This document shows positions 40,779 to 50,673 of a stretch of 64,000 nt of DNA, in pieces. Position 1 is the first letter of the stretch, and each line of letters opens with the position of its first letter. The notes under the pieces are model-generated. The model saw only the letters and a program-made list of their open reading frames with translations. It did not search any database and was not told the origin of the DNA. The translations under genes and the position numbers were made by a program. Location of the stretch: NCBI GenBank assembly GCA_913041815.1, contig CAJWJE010000002.1:13944-77943 (forward strand). Reading direction: 5' to 3'. This DNA comes from an uncultured Rhodobacteraceae bacterium. Its GTDB lineage: Bacteria; Pseudomonadota; Alphaproteobacteria; Rhodobacterales; Rhodobacteraceae.

Positions 40779-42013
40779 TAGCGGGCTGGGTCAAATGCAG
40801 ATAAATCAGCATTATTGGGTTGATTGCTAACCATATCAGCAATCAACCGACCCGTTTTTGGTCCCGCGGTCAGGCCTATATGCTGGTGACCGAAAGCCAT
40901 GTGGCCATTGTCGATTGCAGTGGCTGGCCCAATGAGCGGCAGGCTGTCCGTAGTGGCCGGCCTGCGCCCCATCCATTCGCTCATGTGCTCATAGGTCAAG
41001 TCGGGAAACAGTGCAGCAATCTGGCGTTTGACGAGGTCTAAGGGCCCATCCTGCGCCGGCGCCTCAGTGCTGGCGAATTCCACCACACCCGCGCATCGGA
41101 TCCGTCTTTCCATCGGGGTCACAACAAATTTGCCGGCGGCAACCATCATGGGCGCTTTGGGCATGGCGCTGGGGTTATGCAGCTCAATGTGATAACCGCG
41201 CTCGCTCTCCAGCGCCAGACGCTTGATCCCAAGCTTTTTGGCCATCTTGCCCGACCAAGCCCCCATGGCCAAAACAATATGATCGCCAGTCACCAGGCCC
41301 TGATCGGTAATCAATGCCTTATAGACGCCATCTAGCAGCTCAATATCATCTATTTGTGCTGCGAGCACCGTACCGCCTTCCGCTTGAAAATGAGATAAAA
41401 GCGCTGCCAGATAGGCACCCGGATCTGAAATACGGCCACTGTTTTTATAACACACAACCTTGGCAAATTGAGTGCTATAGAGCGGATCCCTTGCGGCATA
41501 TCCGGCCCCACCTAGCTCCTCAATCTCATAGCCATGCGACCGGCGCAGTGCCCGGCCCGGCTCATCCGCGAGATAGCTGGCCTGTGTGGCATAGCCAAAG
41601 CAGAAATCTTCGTCACTGATAAACCGCTCTGCTTCGGTCCCTTTGGCCAGTGATTGATGCTGGGCGTGGCTGTCGGACAAAAGATAAGACAGAGACCGGG
41701 CAGAATGTGCGACATGATCTGCGCGCGCAAAGCTGAGATATTTCATCAAAAAGGGCAACAGACGCGGCAGATAGCGCCATTGCAAAAATAAGGGCTCATC
41801 GCGGCTGAGCAACATTTTTGGCAGTTTCCAAGCCAATCCAGGCACAGGCACAGGCAAGATAGCGCCCGCCGCCAAAACGCCAGCATTTCCATAACTGGTG
41901 CGCAACGCCTCATCCATGCGGTCCACAAGCGTGACCTGATGGCCCGCCCGCTGCAGCCAAATAGAAGAAGAAACTCCAACGATACCGGCGCCAGCAATCA
42001 CAACATGAGCCAT
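40763..42013 (-). CDS. FAD-dependent oxidoreductase (D-amino-acid dehydrogenase-like)
   Basis: N-terminal [15 protein letters not shown]...G..VTLVDR dinucleotide fold with DAO-family length. Start probably the ATG at 42013; the track start at 42028 has the RBS too close. Its 3' end overlaps the gcvP 3' end by 16 nt (convergent). Confidence 0.8.
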   Translation of the reverse strand: MAHVVIAGAGIVGVSSSIWLQRAGHQVTLVDRMDEALRTSYGNAGVLAAGAILPVPVPGLAWKLPKMLLSRDEPLFLQWRYLPRLLPFLMKYLSFARADHVAHSARSLSYLLSDSHAQHQSLAKGTEAERFISDEDFCFGYATQASYLADEPGRALRRSHGYEIEELGGAGYAARDPLYSTQFAKVVCYKNSGRISDPGAYLAALLSHFQAEGGTVLAAQIDDIELLDGVYKALITDQGLVTGDHIVLAMGAWSGKMAKKLGIKRLALESERGYHIELHNPSAMPKAPMMVAAGKFVVTPMERRIRCAGVVEFASTEAPAQDGPLDLVKRQIAALFPDLTYEHMSEWMGRRPATTDSLPLIGPATAIDNGHMAFGHQHIGLTAGPKTGRLIADMVSNQPNNADLSAFDPARYQASS

Positions 42014-42421
42014 GTTATTTACCTTCATTCCTTAAGGGCCGAACGCCGCAAGACACCCCACAGCAAACATCTCACCAGGATGAAAACCCTATTGAATCAT
42101 AGTAACAAAAATATTCATATAGTATTTTACTAAAAGCTTAATCAGATAGTCAACGTGGTCCGAAGTGTGGTCAGTTTTTTTCTAACGCATCACTGTGGGG
42201 AATTGATCGCTGCGCATTTGATCTCACTATAAATCTTATGCTCTTCCAGCTCTTTCGCCTAGCAGCCATACCCCCCTAAAACCTATCCAGTTACCGTTTT
42301 TGCAAAATCAAGGTACTAACATTTTTCTGAAACCCAAATGGATACTTTGTTGCACATAGACGAAATATGATCATGGTAGTGGTTACACGGAAAGCTGAAA
42401 AAATGTAAAAGGGAGATAATT

Positions 42422-43513
42422 ATGCAAACTACTTTTCCTAAATTAGGGCTAGCACTTGCAGTAGTAGTCACTGCTCATGCATCTGTCGCAGAGGAAGTTC
42501 GTGTCTATAATTGGTCAGATTATATAGACGAAGCATTACTAAATAAATTTGAGCAACAAACTGGGATCAAACTTATATATGATGTGTTTGACTCTAATGA
42601 AGTCTTAGAGACCAAAATGCTTGCAGGGGGCTCTGGTTATGACGTTGTTGTGCCCTCCGGAACCTTCCTACAGCGTCAAATAATTGCGGGTGCATTCCAA
42701 AAACTAGATTATGGGCAGTTGTCCAACAAAAATAATCTCTGGGATGTTATTGAGAAACGCACAGCTCAATACGACCCAAGCAACGCTTATTCCATAAACT
42801 ATATGTGGGGAACTACCGGACTTGGAGTCAACACAGGGACGGTTTCAGATCTCTTAGGAGACAATGTGGCAATTGACTCGTTAGCCTTGGTTTTCGAGCC
42901 TAGCAACATGGAAAAGCTCGCAGAATGTGGTGTCTATTTCCTAGATGCACCCTCTGAGATGATACCTGCAGCATTAAAGTACTTGGGCGAAGATCCAGAT
43001 AGTCAAGATCCGGATGTAATCGCACTTACAGAACCTTTGTTCGCTGCAATAAGACCATACATTTCCAAATTCCACAGCTCAGAGTACATCAATGCCCTCG
43101 CCAATGGTGATATTTGCGTGGCTTTTGGTTGGTCGGGAGACATACTTCAGGCACGGGACCGTGCCGCAGAAGCAGAAAATGATGTAGAAATAGCTTATAA
43201 CGCTCCGTCAGAAGGTGCCCTAATGTGGTTCGACCAGATGGCTATTCCAGTCGATGCTCCTAATCCAACTGGAGCGCATAAGTTTCTGAACTTTATTCTG
43301 GATGCGCAAAATATGGCGGATGCATCAAATTATGTATATTACGCAAATGGCAATCTTGCCTCGCAGTCCATGTTAGTGGAAGATGTGATAGGAGATCCAG
43401 CAATATACCCGGATCCCGAAACCTTAAAGAACCTTTATACTACAACGCCATATGGCGCAAAAGTGCAACGTGTAGTAACGCGTCTATGGACAAAAATTAA
43501 GTCTGGAACTTAA
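42422..43513 (+). CDS. potF: Putrescine/polyamine-binding periplasmic protein
   Basis: Signal peptide, then VYNWSDYI, GIK.IYDVFDSNEVLE.KMLAG, YMWGTTG and NGDICVAFGWSGD. It is colinear with E. coli PotF as I remember it. Confidence 0.9.
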   Translation: MQTTFPKLGLALAVVVTAHASVAEEVRVYNWSDYIDEALLNKFEQQTGIKLIYDVFDSNEVLETKMLAGGSGYDVVVPSGTFLQRQIIAGAFQKLDYGQLSNKNNLWDVIEKRTAQYDPSNAYSINYMWGTTGLGVNTGTVSDLLGDNVAIDSLALVFEPSNMEKLAECGVYFLDAPSEMIPAALKYLGEDPDSQDPDVIALTEPLFAAIRPYISKFHSSEYINALANGDICVAFGWSGDILQARDRAAEAENDVEIAYNAPSEGALMWFDQMAIPVDAPNPTGAHKFLNFILDAQNMADASNYVYYANGNLASQSMLVEDVIGDPAIYPDPETLKNLYTTTPYGAKVQRVVTRLWTKIKSGT

Positions 43514-43526
43514 TAAACTCCTTTTT

Positions 43527-43552
43527 ACCTGCGTCTCTGTTTAGACGCAGGT
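43527..43552 (+). terminator. Intra-operon hairpin after potF (attenuator/terminator)
   Basis: Perfect 10-bp stem ACCTGCGTCT / AGACGCAGGT with a 6-nt loop, followed by ATTATTG, a weak U tract. Confidence 0.4.
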
Positions 43553-43572
43553 ATTATTGAAAGTAGTCAATA

Positions 43573-44712
43573 ATGATTAAGCAACAGGCCCACACAATCT
43601 TTGAACCCTGGCTTAATCCAACGGAAAAGCCCATCATCCGATTCAAAAACGTCACCAAACGTTTTGGAGACTACACAGCAATTGAAAACCTTTCATTAGA
43701 CATTTACTCAAAAGAGTTTTTCGCACTTCTCGGGCCATCAGGTTGTGGAAAAACTACTCTAATGAGACTGCTCGCAGGGTTCGAGGCTCCGTCTGAAGGC
43801 AAAATAATTCTGGACAACATTGATATCGTAAACGTCCCACCAAACATGCGAGAAGTAAACATGATGTTTCAGTCGTATGCGCTGTTTCCACACCTAAATG
43901 TATACGACAATATCGCATTTGGGCTACGCAGATCCACAATGAACAAAGCTGACATTCCTGACCGCGTCGAGGAGATGCTACGGTTGACACAATTGGTTCC
44001 TCTAGCAAAGCGGAAACCCCACCAGATTTCTGGCGGACAGCGCCAACGTGTTGCTCTCGCCAGGTCATTGGCAAAAGCCCCGAAACTACTACTTTTGGAT
44101 GAACCACTGGGAGCATTGGACAAAAAGCTACGTCACGAAACTCAATTCGAATTAATGGATATCCAGGAAAAAACCGGAACGACTTTTGTCATTGTGACGC
44201 ATGATCAAGAGGAAGCGATGACTGTTGCTAGCCGGGTAGCCGTTATGGATGAAGGTAAAATAGTACAGGTTGCCACACCCGATCGCATCTATGAGACCCC
44301 AAATTCAATCTACGTCGCAGACTTTATTGGCGATGTAAATTTTATAAAAGGAAAGTCTCAAATACTAGAAGATAACAAAATCTTAGTAAATTGGGCCGAA
44401 GGTCAACAGCCAATCATCGGAACATCAGAGGACAGAATTGACAATGGAGCAGATATCACCTTCGCCATTCGACCTGAAAAAGTTACCATTTCTTTTGAAG
44501 AACCGCTCGATATAGCAAATGTGTTCAAGGGTAAAATTTTGGACATTGCATACTTGGGCAACATTTCAACATATCATTTGGAATTGCCTACAGGACAAAA
44601 TTTTAAGGCTCAAGCAACTAACACTCATAGGATTGAACGGCGCACTTATACTTGGAACGATGAAGTGTGGTTGTCTTGGACGGATACTGCCGGCGTAATT
44701 TTGTCTGAATAG
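43573..44712 (+). CDS. potG: Polyamine ABC transporter ATP-binding protein
   Basis: Walker A GPSGCGKTT, Q-loop, signature ISGGQRQRVALAR, Walker B LLLDEP, and a C-terminal TOBE-like domain. Confidence 0.9.
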   Translation: MIKQQAHTIFEPWLNPTEKPIIRFKNVTKRFGDYTAIENLSLDIYSKEFFALLGPSGCGKTTLMRLLAGFEAPSEGKIILDNIDIVNVPPNMREVNMMFQSYALFPHLNVYDNIAFGLRRSTMNKADIPDRVEEMLRLTQLVPLAKRKPHQISGGQRQRVALARSLAKAPKLLLLDEPLGALDKKLRHETQFELMDIQEKTGTTFVIVTHDQEEAMTVASRVAVMDEGKIVQVATPDRIYETPNSIYVADFIGDVNFIKGKSQILEDNKILVNWAEGQQPIIGTSEDRIDNGADITFAIRPEKVTISFEEPLDIANVFKGKILDIAYLGNISTYHLELPTGQNFKAQATNTHRIERRTYTWNDEVWLSWTDTAGVILSE

Positions 44713-44721
44713 GATTCCAGA

Positions 44722-45618
44722 ATGAATTTATCCCGCAAATTACTAATATTAGTTCCTTACTCGTGGTTGGTGGTGCTTTTCTTAATTCCATTTGGAATAG
44801 TTCTTAAAATTTCATTGTCAGACATAGCGTTGTCGATACCACCTTACACACCAAAGCTAGAAATTTTCTCAAGTTCAGCTGAGTGGCTTCAATATTTTAT
44901 GGCGCTGGATCTTGAGAACTTTATTTTCCTGTCAGAAGATAGGCTTTATTATGTGGCATACCTTTCCAGTTTAAAAATTGCCTCAATATCGACACTAATA
45001 ACGCTGTTAATTGGTTATCCAATTGCCTATGGAATGGCCAAATCACCTGAACATTGGCGCCCAACTCTCATAATGATGGTCATCTTACCCTTCTGGACCA
45101 GTTTTCTGATACGGATATACGCCTGGATGGGTCTGTTAAGCAATGAAGGTTTACTTAACCAATTCTTAATATGGACCGGCATTATTGACGGGCCCTTAAT
45201 CATACTGAACACAAATTGGGCGGTCTACATCGGCATTGTTTATGCATACTTACCATTTATGATACTTCCGATATATGCGTCCCTTGAAAAAATGGATGTT
45301 TCTTTGGTTGAAGCAGCTGAAGACCTTGGTTGTTCTGCAACATCTGCATTTTGGTTAATAACTGCTCCTTTATCAAAACCCGGAATAATTGCTGGCTGTT
45401 TTCTAGTCTTCATTCCAGCATTGGGCGAATTTGTTATTCCCTCTTTATTAGGAGGTTCAGATACAATGATGATCGGCAAAGTCCTCTGGGAAGAGTTTTT
45501 TTCTAATCGCGATTGGCCGGTAGCCTCTTCTGTGGCAATCATTTTGCTCCTGCTACTCATCATTCCAATAATTTTGTTCCAGCGAAATGAACATAAACAA
45601 AGGGAGGTTGAGAGATGA
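44722..45618 (+). CDS. potH: Polyamine ABC transporter permease
   Basis: Six TM helices with the EAA loop (LEKMD.SLVEAAEDLG). Lies in pot gene order. Confidence 0.88.
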   Translation: MNLSRKLLILVPYSWLVVLFLIPFGIVLKISLSDIALSIPPYTPKLEIFSSSAEWLQYFMALDLENFIFLSEDRLYYVAYLSSLKIASISTLITLLIGYPIAYGMAKSPEHWRPTLIMMVILPFWTSFLIRIYAWMGLLSNEGLLNQFLIWTGIIDGPLIILNTNWAVYIGIVYAYLPFMILPIYASLEKMDVSLVEAAEDLGCSATSAFWLITAPLSKPGIIAGCFLVFIPALGEFVIPSLLGGSDTMMIGKVLWEEFFSNRDWPVASSVAIILLLLLIIPIILFQRNEHKQREVER

Positions 45619-46418
45619 ACCAGAGCCGTTTTTCATGGTTTAATGCCACATCTTTAACGTTCGGGTTCGCCTTTCTCTACCTGCCAATGCTTATCCTCGT
45701 GATTTACAGTTTTAATGAATCTCGCCTAGTGACTGTCTGGGCTGGTTTTTCTACAAAATGGTACGGAAAATTGTTGCAAAATGATGCATTTCTTGATGCA
45801 GCGTGGGTAACTTTAAACGTAGGGATTTGGTCCTCAACGATTGCAACAGTTCTTGGCACCATGGCTGCTTACGTAATGGTGCGATCAGGACGATTTTTGG
45901 GGCGCGAATTATTTTCAGGAATGATTTATGCTCCTCTCGTGATGCCGGAAGTAATAACAGGGTTAGCTCTATTATTGTTTTTCCTCGCGATAGGCTTAGA
46001 TCGGGGAATGGTAACAATTATTCTTGCACATACAACCTTTTCCATGTGTTACGTGTCCGTAGTGGTGACTTCACGCCTAATTACTTTTGATCAATCGCTG
46101 GAGGATGCAGCTTTGGATTTAGGGTGTACCCCATTTGACGCCTTTCGCAGTGTGACCTTGCCAATCATTGCACCCGCAGTGATCTCAGGGTGGCTTTTGG
46201 CTTTTACATTGTCATTGGATGACTTGGTTATTGCCTCTTTCACCTCGGGCCCATCGTCTACCACATTACCTATAAAAGTTTACAGCGCAGTGAGGATGGG
46301 AGTCAGTCCAGAAATAAATGCATTATCAACTTTAATGATAGGCGTAGTTACGGCAGGGGTCGTGGCCTTCTCACTAGCGTCACGTAAAATTATGATTAAT
46401 CGCAAAAGCGACTTCTAA
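45615..46418 (+). CDS. potI: Polyamine ABC transporter permease
   Basis: Six TM helices with the EAA loop (FDQSLEDAALDLG). 4-nt overlap with potH. Confidence 0.88.
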   Translation: MNQSRFSWFNATSLTFGFAFLYLPMLILVIYSFNESRLVTVWAGFSTKWYGKLLQNDAFLDAAWVTLNVGIWSSTIATVLGTMAAYVMVRSGRFLGRELFSGMIYAPLVMPEVITGLALLLFFLAIGLDRGMVTIILAHTTFSMCYVSVVVTSRLITFDQSLEDAALDLGCTPFDAFRSVTLPIIAPAVISGWLLAFTLSLDDLVIASFTSGPSSTTLPIKVYSAVRMGVSPEINALSTLMIGVVTAGVVAFSLASRKIMINRKSDF

Positions 46419-46674
46419 AAAATTCAAAAATTAAATTTCCGTCGAAAACGTACTACGAAGATTATACTATACCAATGGTGCCCGTTGCGAAATGTATTGA
46501 TGCTGTGCAATTGACTAGAAACCGCTCTACAATATGGTTACAAAACGATAAAAAAACCTCCTGTCAGAACTAGAGTTTAATTTACCAGTCTAAATCTCTG
46601 TCATATGTTGCGGGCGGTAAAATTAATGCCGATGGCGCGAACTTACGAGCACACATAAGCCAAGAGCGTTAGTC

Positions 46675-47988
46675 CTATCGCAACCAAAATAAAGTGATGG
46701 CGGGGAAAGCCACGAGCAAAATCACCCGTGCAATGTCAGAGGCCACGAAATACATCACCACCTTATAGGTCTGCACCAAGGGCGTGCTGCGATCCATCGC
46801 ATTGATGACGAAAAGGTTCATGCCGACGGGAGGGGTAATGAGTCCAACTTCCACTACGATCAACACCAATATTCCAAACCAAATGGCGATGTGCTCTTGG
46901 CTCATGCCAAAGTCAAGTTCCACAATGACCGGAAAGAAGATCGGAATGGTCAATAAAATCATCGACAAGCTGTCCATCAAACAGCCAAACACCAGGTAGA
47001 ACAGCAAAATCAGACTCAGGACCACCCAGGGGCTAAAGCCTTGGCTCACCACAAAGTTCGAAATCTCTTGTGGCACTTGTGTCAGAGCCAGAAATCCGTT
47101 GTAAAAAGCCGCACCAAGAATGATGAAAAAAATCATTGCACTGGATTTCGCGGTGACAAGGAAGCTCTCAATCAAGGTGGTTCGGGTCAGACCTTTGTTA
47201 ATCCAGGCGATGAAACCAGTGCCCGCCGCGCCAACTGCCGCCCCTTCCGTGGGTGTAAACCAGCCCTGGTAGATACCGCCGACGACCAAGGCAAATACCA
47301 TCAACACCGGCCAAACTTTGATCAAGGCCGCAAAGCGTTCGGCATAGGGCACCGGCGCTTTCACACCCGCCGCTTCCGGGTGCAGTCGGACATAGATAGA
47401 AATGGCGATCACATAGCCAAGTGCTGCCAAAATTCCCGGAATGAAGGCTGCAAGAAACAGTTTGGCAATGTTTTGCTCGGTTAAAATCGCATAGATGACC
47501 AAGACAATTGAGGGCGGAATCAGAATGCCTAAGGTGCCACCGGCTGCCAAAGTGGCGGTGGAAAAGCCGCCAGAATATCCGTATTTACGCAATTCAGGCA
47601 AAGCGACCCTCCCCATGGTCGCTGCAGTGGCCAGTGATGAGCCGCAAATCGAGCCGAACCCGGCGCAAGCCCCAATAGCCGCGATCGCAATGCCCCCCTT
47701 GCGATGGCCTAAAAAGCTCTCAGCCGCTTTGAACAGAGCGCTGGACATGCCCCCCAGTGTCGCAAAATGCCCCATCAGCAAAAACATCGGCACGATCGAC
47801 AAAGAATAGCTGGAAAACGTGCTGAAGGTTTCAGACTTCAAGCGGGCCAGCGGCAAATTGAAACTGCCGGTGGTGAAATATAGCCCCACCAAACCCACCA
47901 AAAACATGGCAAGACCAATGGGCACGCGGATGAAAATCAATATCAGCAGCGCCGGAAAAGACGCCAAGCCAATCTCTAAGTTGCTCAT
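46675..47988 (-). CDS. dctM: TRAP transporter large permease
   Basis: 437-aa polytopic protein of the DctM family. Start set at the ATG at 47988, which forms an ATGA overlap with the dctQ stop. Confidence 0.9.
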   Translation of the reverse strand: MSNLEIGLASFPALLILIFIRVPIGLAMFLVGLVGLYFTTGSFNLPLARLKSETFSTFSSYSLSIVPMFLLMGHFATLGGMSSALFKAAESFLGHRKGGIAIAAIGACAGFGSICGSSLATAATMGRVALPELRKYGYSGGFSTATLAAGGTLGILIPPSIVLVIYAILTEQNIAKLFLAAFIPGILAALGYVIAISIYVRLHPEAAGVKAPVPYAERFAALIKVWPVLMVFALVVGGIYQGWFTPTEGAAVGAAGTGFIAWINKGLTRTTLIESFLVTAKSSAMIFFIILGAAFYNGFLALTQVPQEISNFVVSQGFSPWVVLSLILLFYLVFGCLMDSLSMILLTIPIFFPVIVELDFGMSQEHIAIWFGILVLIVVEVGLITPPVGMNLFVINAMDRSTPLVQTYKVVMYFVASDIARVILLVAFPAITLFWLR

Positions 47989-48566
47989 AGGTTCAGCCCT
48001 GCCTCTTGAGACAGTATATCGGCCCCACGCAGCAATTCCACCGCGCGAATACCGGCCACATACAAAGCAATCACCGCTGTAAGAATGGATCCTGACAGGC
48101 TGGCCGCATAGGCCCACCAAATCGGAAATTGCAATAAAAAGGTGGTGTCGCCGTAGCGCTGTTTTGACAACATACCATTGTATAGCTGATAGGCGATTAC
48201 GATCAGGACAGCGGCAAAAATCACATCAATGCAAAACTGTAACGCCCGATTAACTCGGGTTGGCAATTTTGCTGTAAAAATATCGACTGAGGCATGGCCT
48301 GCAGAAATTTGGCACAAGGGCAAAAAAGCGAAAATGGCAAAGGCCACACCCGCTTCGACCAATTCGAAATCACCATTGATCGGCCCGATACCCAAAGCCA
48401 GCGCCCAAGCCGAAAGGCCGGGCATCACAGTGCCAACCCAGCCGTGCAACACCCCGTTTAAACTGCGTCCAATTACGGACAGACAAATCAAGATAATCAA
48501 AAGAGTTAAAACCAGCCCACCGCAGAACGCCATAAAACGCGCTGCCCGCGTCGCCAAATTCCTCAT
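47985..48566 (-). CDS. dctQ: TRAP transporter small permease
   Basis: 193 aa with four TM helices, located between dctP and dctM. Confidence 0.85.
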   Translation of the reverse strand: MRNLATRAARFMAFCGGLVLTLLIILICLSVIGRSLNGVLHGWVGTVMPGLSAWALALGIGPINGDFELVEAGVAFAIFAFLPLCQISAGHASVDIFTAKLPTRVNRALQFCIDVIFAAVLIVIAYQLYNGMLSKQRYGDTTFLLQFPIWWAYAASLSGSILTAVIALYVAGIRAVELLRGADILSQEAGLNL

Positions 48567-48582
48567 GTAACCGCCCCATCTT

Positions 48583-48623
48583 AGAAATAGAAAAACGCTG
48601 CGCGAAACACCCCGCGCAGCGTT
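48583..48623 (-). terminator. Intrinsic terminator/attenuator between dctP and dctQ
   Basis: Perfect 11-bp stem AACGCTGCGCG(48594-48604)/CGCGCAGCGTT(48613-48623) with an 8-nt loop. On the minus strand it is followed by UUUUUCUAUUUCU. Confidence 0.6.
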
Positions 48624-48640
48624 ACTTGTGGATTAGCGAT

Positions 48641-49669
48641 TTAATTTGCGTTCATCAATGCGGTTGCTTGATCAATCATAGCCTGCCCATCGAGACCGCG
48701 GCCAGTCATCTCTTCAATCCAAGTTCCATAGACGGGCTGGGCCGCCTCTGCCCAAACGGCTGATTGCGCCGCGTCCAAGGTGACGATCTTGTTGCCCCGG
48801 GCCACGGCTACATCGCGGCCTGGCGTGTCATAGGCTTGCTGGGTTGTGCCGGCAAATACGGAAAACTCGAGACCTGAGTTGTCTTCTATCACCGCTTGCA
48901 AATCTGCGGGCAGATCCGCAAATTTATCCTTATTCATCACCAAGACAAACGTGACCGTGTAAAGCATCGGGCCGGTAAATTCCGTGTGATGCTCAACCAG
49001 CTCTGGCACTTTCAGTGCCTTCGTCACCTCCCAAGGGATGGTTGTGCCGTCGATCACACCTTTGGACAATGCCTCTGGCACCGCTGGCACGGGCATGCCG
49101 ACAGGTGTGGCACCCAGCTCTTTGAGCATCGCGTTGACCTGGCGCGACGCACCACGAATTTTCATGCCATTGAAATCCGACGGGACCGTCACAGCCTTAT
49201 TGGCATGAATAACACCCGGACCGTGCACCCAACCGCCCAGCACTTTCAGATTGCCAAATTCGCGCTCGGCGATATCTGCCTCCAACATTTTCCAGAATGC
49301 AGCAGAGGCAGGCCCGGCATCATTCACCAGAAACGGCAGCTCAAAGACTTCGGTTGATGGATAACGGCCTGGCGTATAGCCCACAACATTCCAGGTGATA
49401 TCAATCACACCATCCAGCACCTGGTCGATCAACTCAGGCGGCTTGCCACCCAATTGCATTGCCGCATAGCGGTTAATTTCGATGCGACCGCCAGAGGCTT
49501 CCTCAACCTTATCGGCCCAAACGTCGATAATTTTCGAAGGGATTGTCGCCTGCGCGGGCAAAAAACTCTGGAGGTTAAAGCTGTAATCTGCGGCATATGC
49601 AACACTGGACATTGCCAAAGCCGCAACGGCACCGCTTAAGGTTTTGTGAAAGATCGAATGAAAAGCCAT
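48641..49669 (-). CDS. dctP: TRAP transporter substrate-binding protein (DctP family)
   Basis: Signal peptide (..AALAMSSVAYA) and DctP-type motifs. Start set at the ATG at 49669. Confidence 0.9.
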   Translation of the reverse strand: MAFHSIFHKTLSGAVAALAMSSVAYAADYSFNLQSFLPAQATIPSKIIDVWADKVEEASGGRIEINRYAAMQLGGKPPELIDQVLDGVIDITWNVVGYTPGRYPSTEVFELPFLVNDAGPASAAFWKMLEADIAEREFGNLKVLGGWVHGPGVIHANKAVTVPSDFNGMKIRGASRQVNAMLKELGATPVGMPVPAVPEALSKGVIDGTTIPWEVTKALKVPELVEHHTEFTGPMLYTVTFVLVMNKDKFADLPADLQAVIEDNSGLEFSVFAGTTQQAYDTPGRDVAVARGNKIVTLDAAQSAVWAEAAQPVYGTWIEEMTGRGLDGQAMIDQATALMNAN

Positions 49670-49841
49670 GATATATCCCTGCCAATAGTGACTGGCATCA
49701 CTGTACGATAAACCGTCAAGCAATCAACAAAAAAGTCTCATTATATGCCGTTTTAGACCGGCAGGGCTCGAAACGCGAACTCAGAATTGAAAGTCACATG
49801 AGCATGTGGCAACACAAGGTAAACGAAAAAGGATCTCATAT

Positions 49842-50654
49842 ATGCCCCATCCCCTTCTCACCCAAGGCGATATAGATGCCTTTCAACGCGATGGTGTGAT
49901 CTTGGTCAAAGGCCTATTTGCCGATCATGTAGAGACCCTGAGGGCCGGCATTGCGCGCAACATGAGCGCGCCGGGCCCCTATGCAGCTGAGAACTTGAAA
50001 TCTGGCGAAGCCGGGCGATTTTTCGATGATTATTGCAATTGGACCCGCATGCCAGAATTTGAAACTGTGCTGCGCGACAGCCCTGCGGCAGCTGTGGCCG
50101 CAGATTTGATGGCCACGCAGTGCGTACAAATGTTTCACGATCATATTTTGGTGAAAGAACCTGGTACATCTAAAGCCACCCCTTGGCATCAAGACGGGCC
50201 TTATTACTTTGTGGGCGGCCAGCAAAATGTGAGTTTTTGGAGCCCTCTTGATCCGGTCACCGAAGCCTCGCTTCGCTGCGTTGCCGGCAGCCATAAATGG
50301 GCCAAACCTGTCTTGCCGACCCGCTGGCTGGCCGAAGAAAGTTTCTATCCCAATGAGGACGACTATATGCCCGTGCCAGATCCCGACGCCGAAGGCATGG
50401 AGATTCGCGAATGGGCGATGGAGCCCGGCGATGCGGTGGCGTTTAACTTTGGCATTCTGCACGGGGCGCGTGGAAATGACAGTCACCAGCGCCGCCGGGC
50501 CTTCTCTTTGCGGCTTGTGGGCGATGACGCGCGCTATGTGGAGCGCCCTGGTCCAACCTCTCCACCCTTCCCCGGTCATGAGATGCAGCCAGGCCAGAAG
50601 CTGCGCGAGGATTGGTTTCCAGTGATTTTTGACCGCGGCACATCAGCGGGCTGA
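49842..50654 (+). CDS. Phytanoyl-CoA dioxygenase (PhyH)-family Fe(II)/2-oxoglutarate oxygenase
   Basis: F..DG....KG.F, PWHQD (H-x-D), distal H in ILHGARGN, and R in RRRAFSLR. Start set at the ATG at 49842; the track start is a GTG. Confidence 0.8.
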   Translation: MPHPLLTQGDIDAFQRDGVILVKGLFADHVETLRAGIARNMSAPGPYAAENLKSGEAGRFFDDYCNWTRMPEFETVLRDSPAAAVAADLMATQCVQMFHDHILVKEPGTSKATPWHQDGPYYFVGGQQNVSFWSPLDPVTEASLRCVAGSHKWAKPVLPTRWLAEESFYPNEDDYMPVPDPDAEGMEIREWAMEPGDAVAFNFGILHGARGNDSHQRRRAFSLRLVGDDARYVERPGPTSPPFPGHEMQPGQKLREDWFPVIFDRGTSAG

Positions 50655-50673
50655 AGCGCGGTAAAACCGCGTC

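Larger units (their letters stand above)
42090..46610. other. Low-GC compositional island (potFGHI plus AT-rich flanks)
   Basis: Hand counts of 60-nt lines inside the island: 42421-80 = 25/60 GC, 42481-540 = 23/60, 44761-820 = 20/60. Outside: 40021-80 = 39/60, 47221-80 = 42/60. Borders were judged by eye and are good to about +/-50 nt. Confidence 0.65.

Noticed and set aside
42029-42421. A mobile-element signature (integrase or transposase fragment, tRNA target, terminal inverted or direct repeats) at the borders of the low-GC pot island. The right flank, 46419-46674, was also checked.
   Set aside because: No ORF of 60 aa or more lies within either flank, the only overlap being the 3' end of a shadow ORF (41939..42133) at the GC-rich left edge, and no tRNA-like sequence is present. 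I could find no repeat shared between the two flanks by eye. Only a local GTGGTC...GTGGTC repeat occurs on the left. The island call therefore rests on composition alone.
50657-50671. A small hairpin CGCGGT-AAA-ACCGCG between the convergent PhyH and paaE genes, considered as a bidirectional terminator.
   Set aside because: It has only a 6-bp stem and no U tract on either strand, which is too weak to call as a feature.
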